Positions 1-11,600 of a DNA stretch of 64,000 nucleotides are shown here, in pieces. A program made the position numbers and the translations under genes. This stretch comes from Camelus dromedarius (taxonomy: Eukaryota): positions 18,416,001 to 18,480,000 of the forward strand of contig NC_087437.1 in the NCBI RefSeq assembly GCF_036321535.1. The letters run 5' to 3'. The notes below the pieces were generated by a model. It saw only the letters and a list, made by a program, of their open reading frames with translations. It did no database searches and had not been told where the DNA came from. Numbering within the stretch: the first letter of the stretch is position 1; every line of letters starts with the position of its first letter.

Positions 1-1060
1 ACTAAAATTGATGAAGTCGTTGCCCTCGTGGAACTTAAATTCTAGCACAGAAGACACAATAAGCAAATTAATGTGTAGCAGGTAATGAAGGGTACTGTGA
101 AGAAAAATCAGCAAGGTGAGGGTGTGGAGAGTAAGAAAGCTCTTCATATAGATGAGTCAGTAAAGGCCTCCCTGAGGATGTGACGTTTGGTCAGAGGCCT
201 GAATGAAATGACAGGGCCTGCCAGGCCGATGTTTAGAAGAGAGGTATTCCAGGCAGAGGGGACTCAAGGCAGGAATGAGCTTGGCTGCTTAAGAAAAAGC
301 AGGAAGACCACAGGAAAATAAACGAGGGGGAGAGTGATAAGCAGTGGACTCAGGGAGCCTTGTAGGCCATAGTAAGGACTTTGGATTTTATTCAGAGTTT
401 AATAGGAAGTCATTGGAGAGTTTTGAACAGAAGAGACAGTATCTGATTTGAACTTTTAAAAGAGCCCTCTGGTGGCCGTTTGGAGAATCGTCTGTAGTAG
501 GGCAGGAATGAAAGCAGGGAGACCAGCTGAAGGCTGTTCCAGTCTTGTCAGGTAAGAGATGGGGGCGGTAGTGGTAGGAGTGGTGAGATGTAGTTGGATT
601 CAGAATGTAATCTAAAGGTAGAGCCAATAGGATTTGCCCATGCATCCCCTGTAGGCTGTTAAAGAAAGAGGGGAAAGGAAAATGCTTAGAGTTTTGTTCT
701 GAGCAACTGAATAGAGGGTTGTCACTTACCAAGTTAGTGAAGAACACAAGAGAAGTGGGGGTAGAGAGGACCCAGAGTCCTTGTCTGGTGTTCCAGCTTT
801 TTGATGCTGTTTGATATCCAAGGGACTTGGGAGAGTGGGGCTGAAGATACAAATTGGGATGATATAGAAAGCCGTGGAGCTGGATGGAGTCACCTAAGGA
901 GGGTGAAAGAGGAGAGAAGACAGGAGGGCTAAGGAGCATGCTTGGGACACGCCAACATTTTGGAGGAGATAAAAAAGGTCCAGCAGAGGAACAGAAGGAA
1001 GAGCTGGTAAGGCAGACCGAGACCCAGGTGCATAAGGTGTCCTGAAAGCAAGGGCAGAGA
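1..1060 (-). mobile_element. Ancient LINE-2 (L2) 3' fragment, in the last intron of ARMC8
   Basis: Purine-rich degenerate sequence with typical reverse-strand L2 phrases, e.g. gccttgtaggccatagtaaggactttggattttattc, aggaagtcattggagagttttgaacag and gtttgatatccaag...ggctgaagatacaaattggga. Boundaries are approximate. Confidence 0.75.
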
Positions 1061-3160
1061 ATTCCCTGGACAGTGGCCACGGGTCCTTCAAAACTCAGAC
1101 CAGGTTGTCGCCTCCGCCGAGAAGTCTTGCTGGACCATCCTCCACCCTCCCCCGGGCTGTGCCAGGGACTCCTTCTCTGCTCCCACGGCACCTAGATAAC
1201 ATCCCACTGTGACACGGCTGTCAGCTTGCCCATTGGCCCTACGGAAGGGAAGAGGCACTGGGTCATGGCTCCCTGAGTGAACGGCTGTGCCAGATCAGAG
1301 CACACAGAAACCGGGCCTCTGCCTCCCTGAAGCCTGCCGTCCAGGGGCTTAGAGAAGACAGACCCCCAAATAACTGCAGCCCGAGGCGGCCGCTCAGATG
1401 AGCATCACGTCACAGGCAAGTCACGAGCAGCCACATGCCGAAGGCTGGATCTGAGCTGAACCTTGAGGACTGGAGCCGCCGCCTTTGCCTCCACAGCTGC
1501 TGGCCTAAGAGACAGCCTCTGTCAGCCTGTGTCTTCTGGCTGGGAGCCAGCCTGTTCCCTGGGGTTATCTTTCATGTTTGTTCAGAAATTAAACTAATTC
1601 TGCTCAAGGTCATCTCTGGGATGACCTGGAACACTAAAAGAGGCCTCACCAGCATGAGATGGAATAGGTTTAAGCCCTGGCCTGCGTTGCTGAGACTGGC
1701 CTGGTCCTGTTTCCCCAGATTTGTGTGGCACATATGTTTTCAGCAGTTCTTAAACTCCATTAACAGAGTCAAGGTCTGAGCTCCCCTGCCTAAGTCCATT
1801 TAGGAAAGGTGACCTTGCCTGCAAACCCATCCATCCGAAAAACGCCTTAGATATTAATAGATAGCGGAAGGCTAGCGAGGGCACAGTCTCTGAGGGCAGA
1901 TGTAATCAAACACAGCCAACCCTTAGAAAGACCCAGAAGGAGTCTGAATTGGCAGTTTTAAAAAGCAATGCAGAACTCCAGTCAAGACCCTCACGGGGAC
2001 GTTCCCATCATGGCCCAGTAAAATCTATTACCTAGAGATGACATCTCTCCAGTTCTTTCTGTCTCTGAGGCTTTGTGATCCTTCACTTTCAAACACTTAC
2101 AGATGAGGAGAAATTACTAACCAGGCCTCTCCACCCCAGGCTCAGAGGGCCTCAGATCTGTGAAGTTACGGTGTATAAGAGGTCACCTGCAGCATTATTC
2201 ATAATGTGTTCCCTAGGAAAACAGTCTTGTAGAAACCCAGCTCGCTCATAACATGGAGCGGCCTGCATGGAGCTCTCTGTTCTGATGGATCGGACTGTTT
2301 ACACCGAAGAAACTGCACTTGAGTCCAGCCTATTGCATGCCCAGTCTACTTTCATCAGCTGATAGTAATGGGAAATTTTAGCCTTTACTTTCCATAACTT
2401 AGATGGGGAGGCCATTGCTAAAACCAGACTTCCTAACTTCCACAGCTGAACTATACCAAGTTCATGATGAGAGAGTAAAGGTAGCCTTCTCAGTCCCCAC
2501 TTAAAGGAAGGCACTTTGACAAGGATCTGGACAGGTTAAGTCATTGTCCAATTACAGCTTTTCCTCTCTGACCAGCTACCTTCTTCCCTAATCACCATGA
2601 CAACCGCCATCCCACGCTGGTCAGTGTCATCAGGCATGATGAGAATGGAATAAAATTGTAACCTCCCTTCCTCAGTTTTAAAGCATTTGAACCACGAGGC
2701 ACCCTCATCCCATGAGCTCTTGGCCCTCCCCATGTAACTTTTCATCAGCACCTACCCACCTCTCCGTGTGTCAGTTTTCCTCATAGCTTCCCAGAACCCT
2801 AAGTGTCCTCCCCAGTGTCCTGCAGTGCTAGATAAAACCTACACCAGAACAGGAGAAAGTCAGGAATTCCAGATCCATCACAACTCTATGCCAGTGACAG
2901 GAAAACTATAGAATGTCACCAGGCTGCAGCAGCTGTAGGGACAAGAGCAGGGCCACAGGAAGAGGAATGTAGGCAGCCTGGGTTTGAAGTTTGTGCTGAC
3001 ACAGATCTCTGCCCCCCGTGGCAGATGTCAACAGGGCTCACCCCAGTTCCCTTTGGGAATCCACCTTTCTTGGCTCTCCCAGCTATCATCTTTGAACCGA
3101 GGCTTTTTTGCCTTAATCACATTTCTGAGGTGATGGCTAACAGGAACTTTGTGATTCCAG

Positions 3161-3194
3161 GGCAAAGATGGCACTGCAGCAGTACCTGGCGTGA
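3161..3194 (+). CDS. ARMC8: ARMC8 (armadillo repeat-containing 8, CTLH/GID E3 ligase subunit), last coding exon
   Basis: Acceptor ...gtgattccag|G followed by GCA AAG ATG GCA CTG CAG CAG TAC CTG GCG TGA, i.e. (K)AKMALQQYLA*, which matches the mammalian ARMC8 C-terminus as I recall it. Position is convergent with NME9, consistent with known synteny. Upstream exons were not found in the window. Confidence 0.88.
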
Positions 3195-3518
3195 GGGGAG
3201 CGCCCTGGGCACCTGCAAGCATCCCACATCCTTGTTAAAGGAAGTACAGGAACTAGCCTCATTTGATTCCTTCTATTTGCACAAGTCACCTTGGACTGCA
3301 GGGAGCTGTTTTGCAAAAGCAATTTGGTAGGCTTAGATCTCAAATTCATCTTGAGGACTTTTTTTTTTTTTTTTTTGAGGTAGTAATTTCCTCAGAGGAC
3401 TATTGTGTTTTGTTTTGTTTCTTTCTGAGCTACCTGGACTCTATTAGAACAATCAATTATTTTCCATTGGACCTACAATTTTTTGCCTATGCTGCAGCCA
3501 CTTTGTGAGTGAGAATGG

Positions 3519-3572
3519 ATGTGTGTCTGCGCACACAGGTGTGTGTGTATGTGTGTGTGTGTGCGTGCGTGC
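3519..3572. repeat. Imperfect (GT)n microsatellite
   Basis: gtgtgtctgcgcacacaggtgtgtgtgtatgtgtgtgtgtgtgcgtgcgtgc. Confidence 0.85.
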
Positions 3573-3856
3573 ACGAGGGACAGAGTGAATGGGTGCGTGT
3601 GTCTGTGAGGGATACCTCAAAGTTTTCTTTCCTTATTTTGTGTGAAAATCTCTTTTCTACAGATTTTCCAGGGTTTAAGCATTGCTTGCTGTATAAAAAA
3701 CTTTACTGAATTATATACAGTTTGAATGAAATGTTATTTTAAAAACAAAACAATTGTTAAGTGTTCCATAAAGGTTATGTTGAATTTTGGTCAGATGAAT
3801 ATTTGTAAGTAAAAAATATATGCATTTCTGAACCTCAACTTACATAGATTTTCTTT

Positions 3857-3924
3857 ATAAAAAAAAACAAAACAAAACAAAACAAAAAACCCAAAAAACA
3901 AAAAAAAAAAAAAAAAAAAGAAAA
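3857..3924. repeat. A-rich (AAAAC)n / poly-A simple repeat
   Basis: aaaaaaaacaaaacaaaacaaaacaaaaaac...aaaaaaaaaaaaaaaaaaag. Confidence 0.9.
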
Positions 3925-5749
3925 GGTTGGCTATAGTTGGCCTGAATAACAGGCACAATATATGGTGCTGTGCAAAATAGTAAGCTAGCATCTTACTGCC
4001 GTCAATATCAGCAGGTACAGAGCCTCTTTTCAGCCTAATTCAATAAGCTCTCAGGCTTCCAAGTCACATGGACAGGGTGGAGTGAAGTGAGGCAACAGAT
4101 ACACTATACGTTTTTTGAAACATCGAAGGGAAGTAGAACTACTGATGGTGAAAGCCGAGCCGGGACTCCAGTGGGCCACGTTTGGCGGGAACTGGGCGCT
4201 GAGAGCCTCCCAACTGCTCTGAATCCTGTCACTGGTGTAGCAACACACGGCAGGATTTAGAACCAGTCATGGAAACTTGTGCTCAAGCTAAAGTAGGTCA
4301 TCACTTCCTGGAAACAAAGTCTGATCACCTTGTGCTTCCTGAAACAGCATATATCACTGTGAAACTGAAGAATGTTCTACAGACGCATCTACAGAGGCAA
4401 AGAACAGGATAGTTTAGAAAGCTGTTTTTCTCTTGGCTACACTCAGCAAATTCTGTATACTTGTCACTCAGGACTGCTATTCAGTGTGCTTTTATAAAAT
4501 GATATGGAAATTTTAGTAAGAGATGCAGCTAAGATCTTTTCCTGCCCGAAGCCCGAAGCACTGAAGTTTGAGAGAAGGCAAGGGGGTCTCCCCAGGAGAA
4601 CCGAAGATGACTTCTTTTTACAGCCAGTACTGCTTAGCCCTTTGGCAGCCCTGAGCTTGGCACCTGCTTCAGCTTCTGGGTCAGCCTCAAGCTGAACTCA
4701 ACGAGGTTGCTCTTGACTATTTGAAGGTACAGCCAGCCTTCCTCTTCTGTTTGCTATAAGAAGTTGAAAGGCATTGCAGCCAAGAAGCGAGGTCTGCGGC
4801 CCAGAAGCTTGCCTGAGTGCATGTCCCAAACAGGCTCCCGAGCCCGCCAGCCACTCCAGACGGGGCTGCTCCAGGTGCAGCCACCCCGTCACCAGCCTGC
4901 TCCTTCCTTGGAAGATTTAAATGTGTTTGATTGCAAATGAATGTTTTAAAAGTGTATTTAATGCAGTTTTTTTCTGTTCTCAACATGACCACCCAAGATT
5001 CAAACGCAGAGATTTCCAAGTTGTTGTTTTTTTCAGAATATCACCAATTTAAAAATCTGTCACAAGAGGGACTTGGGTTTTGTGCAGCCATCAAAATGCT
5101 AACGTGCGGAAGCCAGTTTAAAGAAATGGAGTGTGTTGGGGGAGGGGCCTTGTGTAGGCCCACTCACTGACATTTCTAGTACTGAGGAAATATCATTGGT
5201 TGGCATCTGTACAGAGCATCTGAACACTACAGAGTTGGTATTTTAAAGTACCAGCTAAATATAAATAAACCAATAATGAATTGCTCAGACAATCTTGAAC
5301 CCAGATAGCATTAGAAAGCTGAAAGCCCAATGAAATAACACTTTCACACTTAAACTCTGTGGCTAAATCTTGTCTGTGGCTAAAAACAGATGGTCAAAGA
5401 AAAAGTGCTTTACTATAATTAACTTTTCCGATTTGAATGAAGGGAAATATATTTATTAAAACAAAGCTGTTTGCTGCTTTATGCAGGTGCAGTGTTCAGT
5501 CAGCAATGAAGTGGGAGGGGCGGGACGGGACGTGGTCTTGTGTCTCCACCCAAGTTCTTAACTAAGCTTCTCGCTCTCTCTAATACTGCATTCTGTTTCT
5601 CCTTTTGTGCCCTGATTGTAACCCAAAATCTATGAACTAGAAAAGAATGTCCAATTGAATAAGTTGCATTTTTTTTTCCTTAAGCACTTTATGCAGAACA
5701 ATACATGTTCTTCTGGTAGTGTTTGGATACTATGATTTTAACACATGCT

Positions 5750-5755
5750 AATAAA
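5750..5755 (+). terminator. Putative distal ARMC8 polyadenylation signal
   Basis: Canonical AATAAA at the end of the AT-rich UTR-like block, with TG-containing sequence downstream (ttgtgg, gtctgtttt). Confidence 0.55.
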
Positions 5756-8277
5756 AGCCAAGAAAAAATTGTGGCAACTTCTAACAAGGAGTCTGTTTTC
5801 CAAATATCTAGAACATTGGGAAACATTAGAAGGTAATGTGTACTGGCTTTGGGAATCTAGGATTCTTGGTGAATGAGAGGCTGAAAAGTGACTTTGCATT
5901 TCACAATGGGGGCCAGTGCCCTAGGGTGTTTCCTAGCAGCTGCCAAGGGCCTCTGCAGGAGTTGGGGTTTCCCTCTTCCTGGTCTTTACAGGGGCCCATC
6001 CCAGCCACCAGGACGCCCCCCTCCCCAATGTTGTGTCCATCCACTCCGTCCTTCCCCCTTCTTATCTCTGCCACTCCCACTGCCACCACCCCCTGGACTC
6101 AAGCCCAGGGTTTGGCAAATGACCAGCGCCCTGCACTTGCTGTGCGCTGCCTTCTTTCCCCGTCTCTGAAATGTAGGGAGGCACCTTCTGTCTCTTGGCC
6201 TCACTAGAACCGGGGGGAAAGCCAAGGACACCTGCCCTAGAGCATGGGGGTTGGGGGAAGATGGTCAGGAGGGGGTTCCCCTGCCACAAGGGAACTTGGA
6301 AGCAAGGCCTGGGAAAGGGGGACTGATCCCAGATCCTGATGGAGAGCCGACAGAGGGAGCTCCCGACACCTTGCCCTCAGGCTAGAGCCTGGGCCTGCCC
6401 CAGCAGTCCTGCCCCTTGGCACAGATTTTCCCTATCTTTGGGCAGGGAGGTATGTGTCAGTTCCCAGCTTGAGGGAAGTTTTGGTCCATGACCTGGCTCC
6501 CTCAAGGCCACTGTGTGGCCCACTGAGCACTTTCCTCCCTGGGTCCTTGCAGCCCCTGCTCCTGGCCTTGGCTGTGCCAGAGGGTCAGCCTTCTCACTGA
6601 GTGGAGGGTCAGAGCCAGTCCTTGGGGAGGAGCCGCCTCCTTGACTTCCTGGAGCCAGGCCTGCCCTCCACCCTGTCAGGCACTCACACCCAGGAGCTGA
6701 GAAGCATTAACACCTAAAACGCCGCCCATCCTGCAGGCCTGGGGTCTCTGCCCAGGAGTCCCCTCCTCAGACGATGGACAGACATTTCAGCCACTCTCGA
6801 GAGCCTTCTCTTCCTCCCCTTCCACCCCACCCTCATTCCTTCTGCCAGGAACCTTCTGGACTCTGAGAAAAGAAGTGCCCTGCCATGTGATAGAAGGAAG
6901 AGGGGTGTCACTATGCCTCCCACCCTCACCCTGTCACCTGGTATCCCTCCACCCCCCCGAGCTCTGCCACTCCCAGCCACTTCCTGGGAAGGCCGGACGG
7001 CTGTCACAGACACCAACCCCCGTCGCTGCCACACACCCAGGCACAGTTCGCCTGCCTCCTCTTCCTCTCCCTCCCCTGCTGTCCGAGGCCTTGGTCGCTC
7101 CATTTCTCATCTCTCCGATGATGGAAACTTGGCTTCCGGGCTTCTGGGGAGATCAGATAGCTGTCAGCTGGGTGTACCCCAAGCAGCAGAGCCACACACC
7201 ACCCAGGCTGTGGAAGACCAGGCAGAGGGCTCCGCTACCAGTGCTGAAGTGAGCACAGGCCAACTGAGCCCCCCTCTTGAGGCCACACACAAAGGGAAGA
7301 GCACGGCCCCGTGGTGGGCTGTGTGTGTGGACCTGGAACAGTGGATTCAACCTTCCTGACAGATTCTGTAAGGATGGCGCCACTGAGTCCATTGTTTTTC
7401 ACGGGGGCCTGTACAGATGAACACAGCGGGCAGGCGTGTTTCTATCCAGAGGTGACACAAGGTCATGGTAAAGGCAGCCACCCACCTGGTGTCAGACCTT
7501 GGTCCCCACATCTGCAGCCTGACTCATCCCTCTGTGCCCGGGGCCAGCACTGAGGGCCTCGCGCTGCCGGCTGGCGGAAACAATGAGACACCCATAAACA
7601 GGCATCCTCTGGGAGCTAACCATCCTTTTAAAGAGCTTCTTCAAGTCATAAGTGCGAAGCCCTCTGGAGCAAACCAGCAAATGAGAAGGAAATTTCTGCC
7701 ATTTGCCTTGTGATTTAGAAGGACACAACCTTTTCCTCAGTCAGCAAGGAAAGAGTATGGCTGGGCTCAGTGAATTTCCAAATAAACCAGAGAGCAAACC
7801 AGTCAGAGGAAGTGGCTGTGCAAGTTACTAGTCACAGGGGTGGTGATGGTTACTCTTCACTGAAAACCCCATGTCCCTCAAGGGCACGCCATGGAGGGAG
7901 GGCTAAACCCGGCAATTCAGTGAGAGCTGGAGCCACCTCTGGGACCTCTTCGGTTTTAAAATTAGGCTTTAGCCAAAATAAACCATAGACATGGGAGAAG
8001 GGGGTGTCAAGAAAATTAGAGGAACCCTGGTGCCAAATGTAACCCCTGAGCCTTGCTTTATGAGCATGGCCCAATTCGTGGTGAGCTGCAGACAGCAAAT
8101 CTGGCAGCATCCCAGGACGGCTCGTGTGGCCGAGGTGGGCAGCATGAAGATTTAAAGCTGATTTGTGTCTGCCCCCATGTCAATAAGCCCCGAAGTGTCA
8201 CAGGCAATCTTGTTGCACTGTTTTCAAGTTCACTATTACCAAGTTAAGGTCTAAAATGGTTTCATTCCTAAAGGAGA

Positions 8278-8283
8278 TTTATT
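8278..8283 (-). terminator. Putative NME9 polyadenylation signal
   Basis: tttatt on + reads AATAAA on -, about 307 nt downstream of the NME9 stop. An ATTAAA variant lies at 8426-8431. Confidence 0.5.
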
Positions 8284-8589
8284 ACTGGGGAAACACTGCG
8301 CTCTGTAACTCAGTGTCCCCTGAGAGGACACCACATCACAGCAGGGTACAATAACTGATGTCCATGAATTTTCTAAAATGCCCCAGAGATGCCCCCCCAA
8401 AAAGTATATGTTACTCTACGTACTATTTAATCAGGCAAGAAAGTAGATTCCGTGTTTTTTTTTTTCATTCACAAGAGAGCGAAACCCAAAAAGTATTGAT
8501 GCTCAAAAGAGGAAGTTCCAACCCTGGAGGTTTCCTTATGTGCAGCAGATATAGGTGCACCGACGCTTTGCCTCGTGGCCTTGCCCGGG

Positions 8590-8684
8590 TCATGGGCTCT
8601 GGCACGACAGCTCAGCCGCCTCGTCCACATCCTCAGGGAAGCACAGCACCTTGCTGGGGCCCTCGGCTCCTGCAGCCTTGCGGC
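8590..8684 (-). CDS. NME9: NME9 coding exon 11 (last)
   Basis: Acceptor tcccacag|GC; encodes (G)RKAAGAEGPSKVLCFPEDVDEAAELSCQSP*. LCFPEDVD matches the human C-terminal motif. Confidence 0.85.
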
Positions 8685-11600
8685 CTGTGGGACGACAAGA
8701 GTTCTGTAGGACCTCAACCAGAGCCCTGTCCCTCTCCTCCGTCCCTCACACTGTCCACAAAGGGACAGCGGAAAGGGCGAGCTAGCTACATCGCAGGCCT
8801 TGAGGCAAGGGGTCACGGTGGATGGAGCGGCATTGAGGGGTCCTAATACGTGTGCTAGGGACTAGGAAAGAATTAAGAGAGGACATAACACTGGTTGAGC
8901 ACTTCACACGTGTCAGGCCCCAGGCTGAGAACTTCACATGCTTTGTCTCCTCTCACCCTCAGGAGAGCTCACTGAGGAAGGTGCTTATTATGGGATGGGT
9001 GGGTCTATCATCATCTCCATTTCACAGATGAGGAAACTGAGGTCCCAAAAGGAAAGCAACTTTCCTAAGGCTATTCAGCTAATAAATAGTGGAGCCAGGA
9101 TTCAAACCCAGGATTGTCAGTCTCCAGTGCCCAGAAAAAGTGCTGGGCACCGTGAAAGCACGTGCTGCTCCTGCCAACTGTGAAGGCATGACACACACAC
9201 ATCAGACACGTGGGCAGAACACCAGCACCTCGGCGAGGCTGCTTCAAGGTCATGCCTGCGGGAAGCTGTGCACCTATTCCTGAATGTGGTCTGGGCTCAG
9301 AATCTTCTGGAATTGTTCCCTTTGCTCATTATCACCTGAGGCCAGAAAGTCAGGCTCCTGATCTCCCAACTCTCCTCAAGAGCGTTGTCGAGTCAGACCT
9401 CCTTGTTTCCAATCAGCCCCGCAAAAGGGTGAAGATGTCCTGTGACTCAGGACGTGTAAGGAAATGCATCGCGGGCTCTCTCTGAGGGCAGTTCCCCAGA
9501 GGAAAGCTGGCCCTCAAAGTGCCACCAGGTAAGAGTTCTTCTCTGCAGAGGATGGCTTTGGAGAACCACTTGCACTTGGATGTGCAGGCTTGGGTCTCTG
9601 ATCCACATGAAGCCACACTTCCCAGGATTTCTCAACTCCCTAAACCCCATGCCCCTCCTGCTCACCCCTCAGCTGGCCATGAGCAGCAAGTGGATGAGAC
9701 AAGGGCCAGCAGGGCTCAGCTCCCATCCTGCCTACCCCCACCCCTCAGACCACCTGTTCTTGCTTGGCTGGATTCAGATCTTGAGACTGCGAGGAACACA
9801 TCAAACGTTTAGTAAACTATATTGGTTAAAACCCGAGCATTCAAGCACACAGAGGTTATTGCCATTTCAGAGCAGCAGGCAGCCTTCTCCTGAGACAGCC
9901 ACCCTCATGTCCTTTGCTCTTCCCAGGACATTCAGCCCCTGGCCCATTCCGCCTCACCTCGGGCTCCCGCCCAAGATGTGCCAGTGCCACTCGGTGGCAG
10001 GAACAGCCCAGGCCTGGTGACTGCTTCCGCTTGTGGAGGGAGGTAAGTCACGTGCCCTCTGAGCCCCCAGGGTTTCTCACCCAGATGTGAAGGTGGGGAC
10101 GACCCAGCACACTTTTCCCAAAATGTGTGGGCTGAGGTATATGAGAGTCAGAGCATCCCAGGGCATAGGGCCCTGTGTGTCACCCTCTGCTTCTCAGTGA
10201 CCCCACCAAGGGCTTGGTGGAAGTAGGGGGTGACATCTGGCCTCTGCCTTTGAAGTTGGCTTCCAGAAAATGAGTTAAATTTTCCCTGTGGTTTCCGTAG
10301 GAGAATACAAAGTAACTTTGCAATGAGAGTATGGCTCCAAAGTAAAATGCAGCAAAAAGTGTAACAAGGTAAAAAGCAATACTGTTACTCTGAAAACGCA
10401 ACCGAGCAGGACTGCTGCTGCTGTTACGTAGTGGCCCCTGTTTTCCCAGCAGGCCCTTATTAGATGGAGCACTTGGTTACCACATAGTTGTTATCAGTCT
10501 CCCCACGTGCTCCCTGCAGATTTAATAAAGAGCAGCTCTGCCTTAATGACTCACCCAGAGGGGCTTCCAGAACCTCATGTGAAAATTTAAAACTGGGGAA
10601 GAGCAGCGCCAGTTCCCAGCGGGCATCTTCCGAGTCCTGGCTTCCATGGACTGCATTAAAGGGCATTTCTGTGCCATACTGAGCCCGGAGACTGGGAACA
10701 GACAAAATGAACAAGAAACAATTATTTCATTGGAAGAGAAATTTTCTGCTCTGGGGCAACACGGCCACCAGCTCCCAATCAGCAGCTGACACTTCTGTGA
10801 CACGGCTTTCTCTCTGTTGGAAATGCCGAGAACAGCAGTGAAGGCGAGAGGAACTGGCATCTATTCCACCACGGCAGCGTACTGGGCACCCTGCCAGTGC
10901 CTCCCGTACCTGATCTCCCTTCATTTGTGCCACAGGGAGACTCTGTCATGATCCCCAGTTTAAATATGCCTGAGTCATGGTGTAAGCCCAGGAGCTGCCA
11001 CTGTGTTGCTGGCTAGCATCCTGCCGAGGGCTCGCTACAAGTTGGCATAGTTAATCCCCCCACCCAAGACCTCCTAAGATAACATTAATATTGCTAGGAC
11101 TTCCTGCATGTCAATATTCTAAGTACTTCAAATATACATACTTAACATGAGGCATGTCCTGTTATAGTTCCCATATTTCAGATGAGGAAATTGAGGCACG
11201 GAGGGATTAAAGCATGGATGACCCAAGGTCACAGTTAGTGAGGCTCAGAAAACCTAAGACCTGAACCCTGGGCCATCTTTCACTGGCCCAGGCTGCCTCG
11301 TACATGAGTGTTCCCGGCCCTCTACAACTACAAGGTACAACCGCAGTTACTTAGTCTCTTGCTAATTTCTTTCCCATTGGCTGGGCCTCTCTCAGCTTCA
11401 AGGGCAAGACACAGTGGATTTGGCGTTGGTGGTGCCAGGCTAAATATTCACACAGGGCCAGGGAGCAGACCGAGGCAGCCCGGTGCTGTATACAGAACAG
11501 GGTGCTCAGGCTCTCAGGGACTCAGGACACCTTGGGCAGGGAGTAGAAAATGGGGGTGGGGGTTCAGTCTACAATGTAGATTCTTAGGCCCCACCCAGAG

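Larger units (their letters stand above)
3195..5775 (+). other. ARMC8: ARMC8 3' UTR (long, AU-rich)
   Basis: Follows the TGA at 3192-3194. Largely free of interspersed repeats and AT-rich, with AATAAA at 5264-5269 and 5750-5755. The 3' end is inferred from the distal signal. Confidence 0.65.

Noticed and set aside
388..1191. 267-aa ORF on the - strand
   Set aside because: It lies over a decayed L2 element, has no recognisable intact domain, and has no credible gene context.
8358..8846. 162-aa + strand ORF overlapping the NME9 last exon
   Set aside because: It is an antisense shadow of GC-rich exon and UTR sequence with no recognisable domain.
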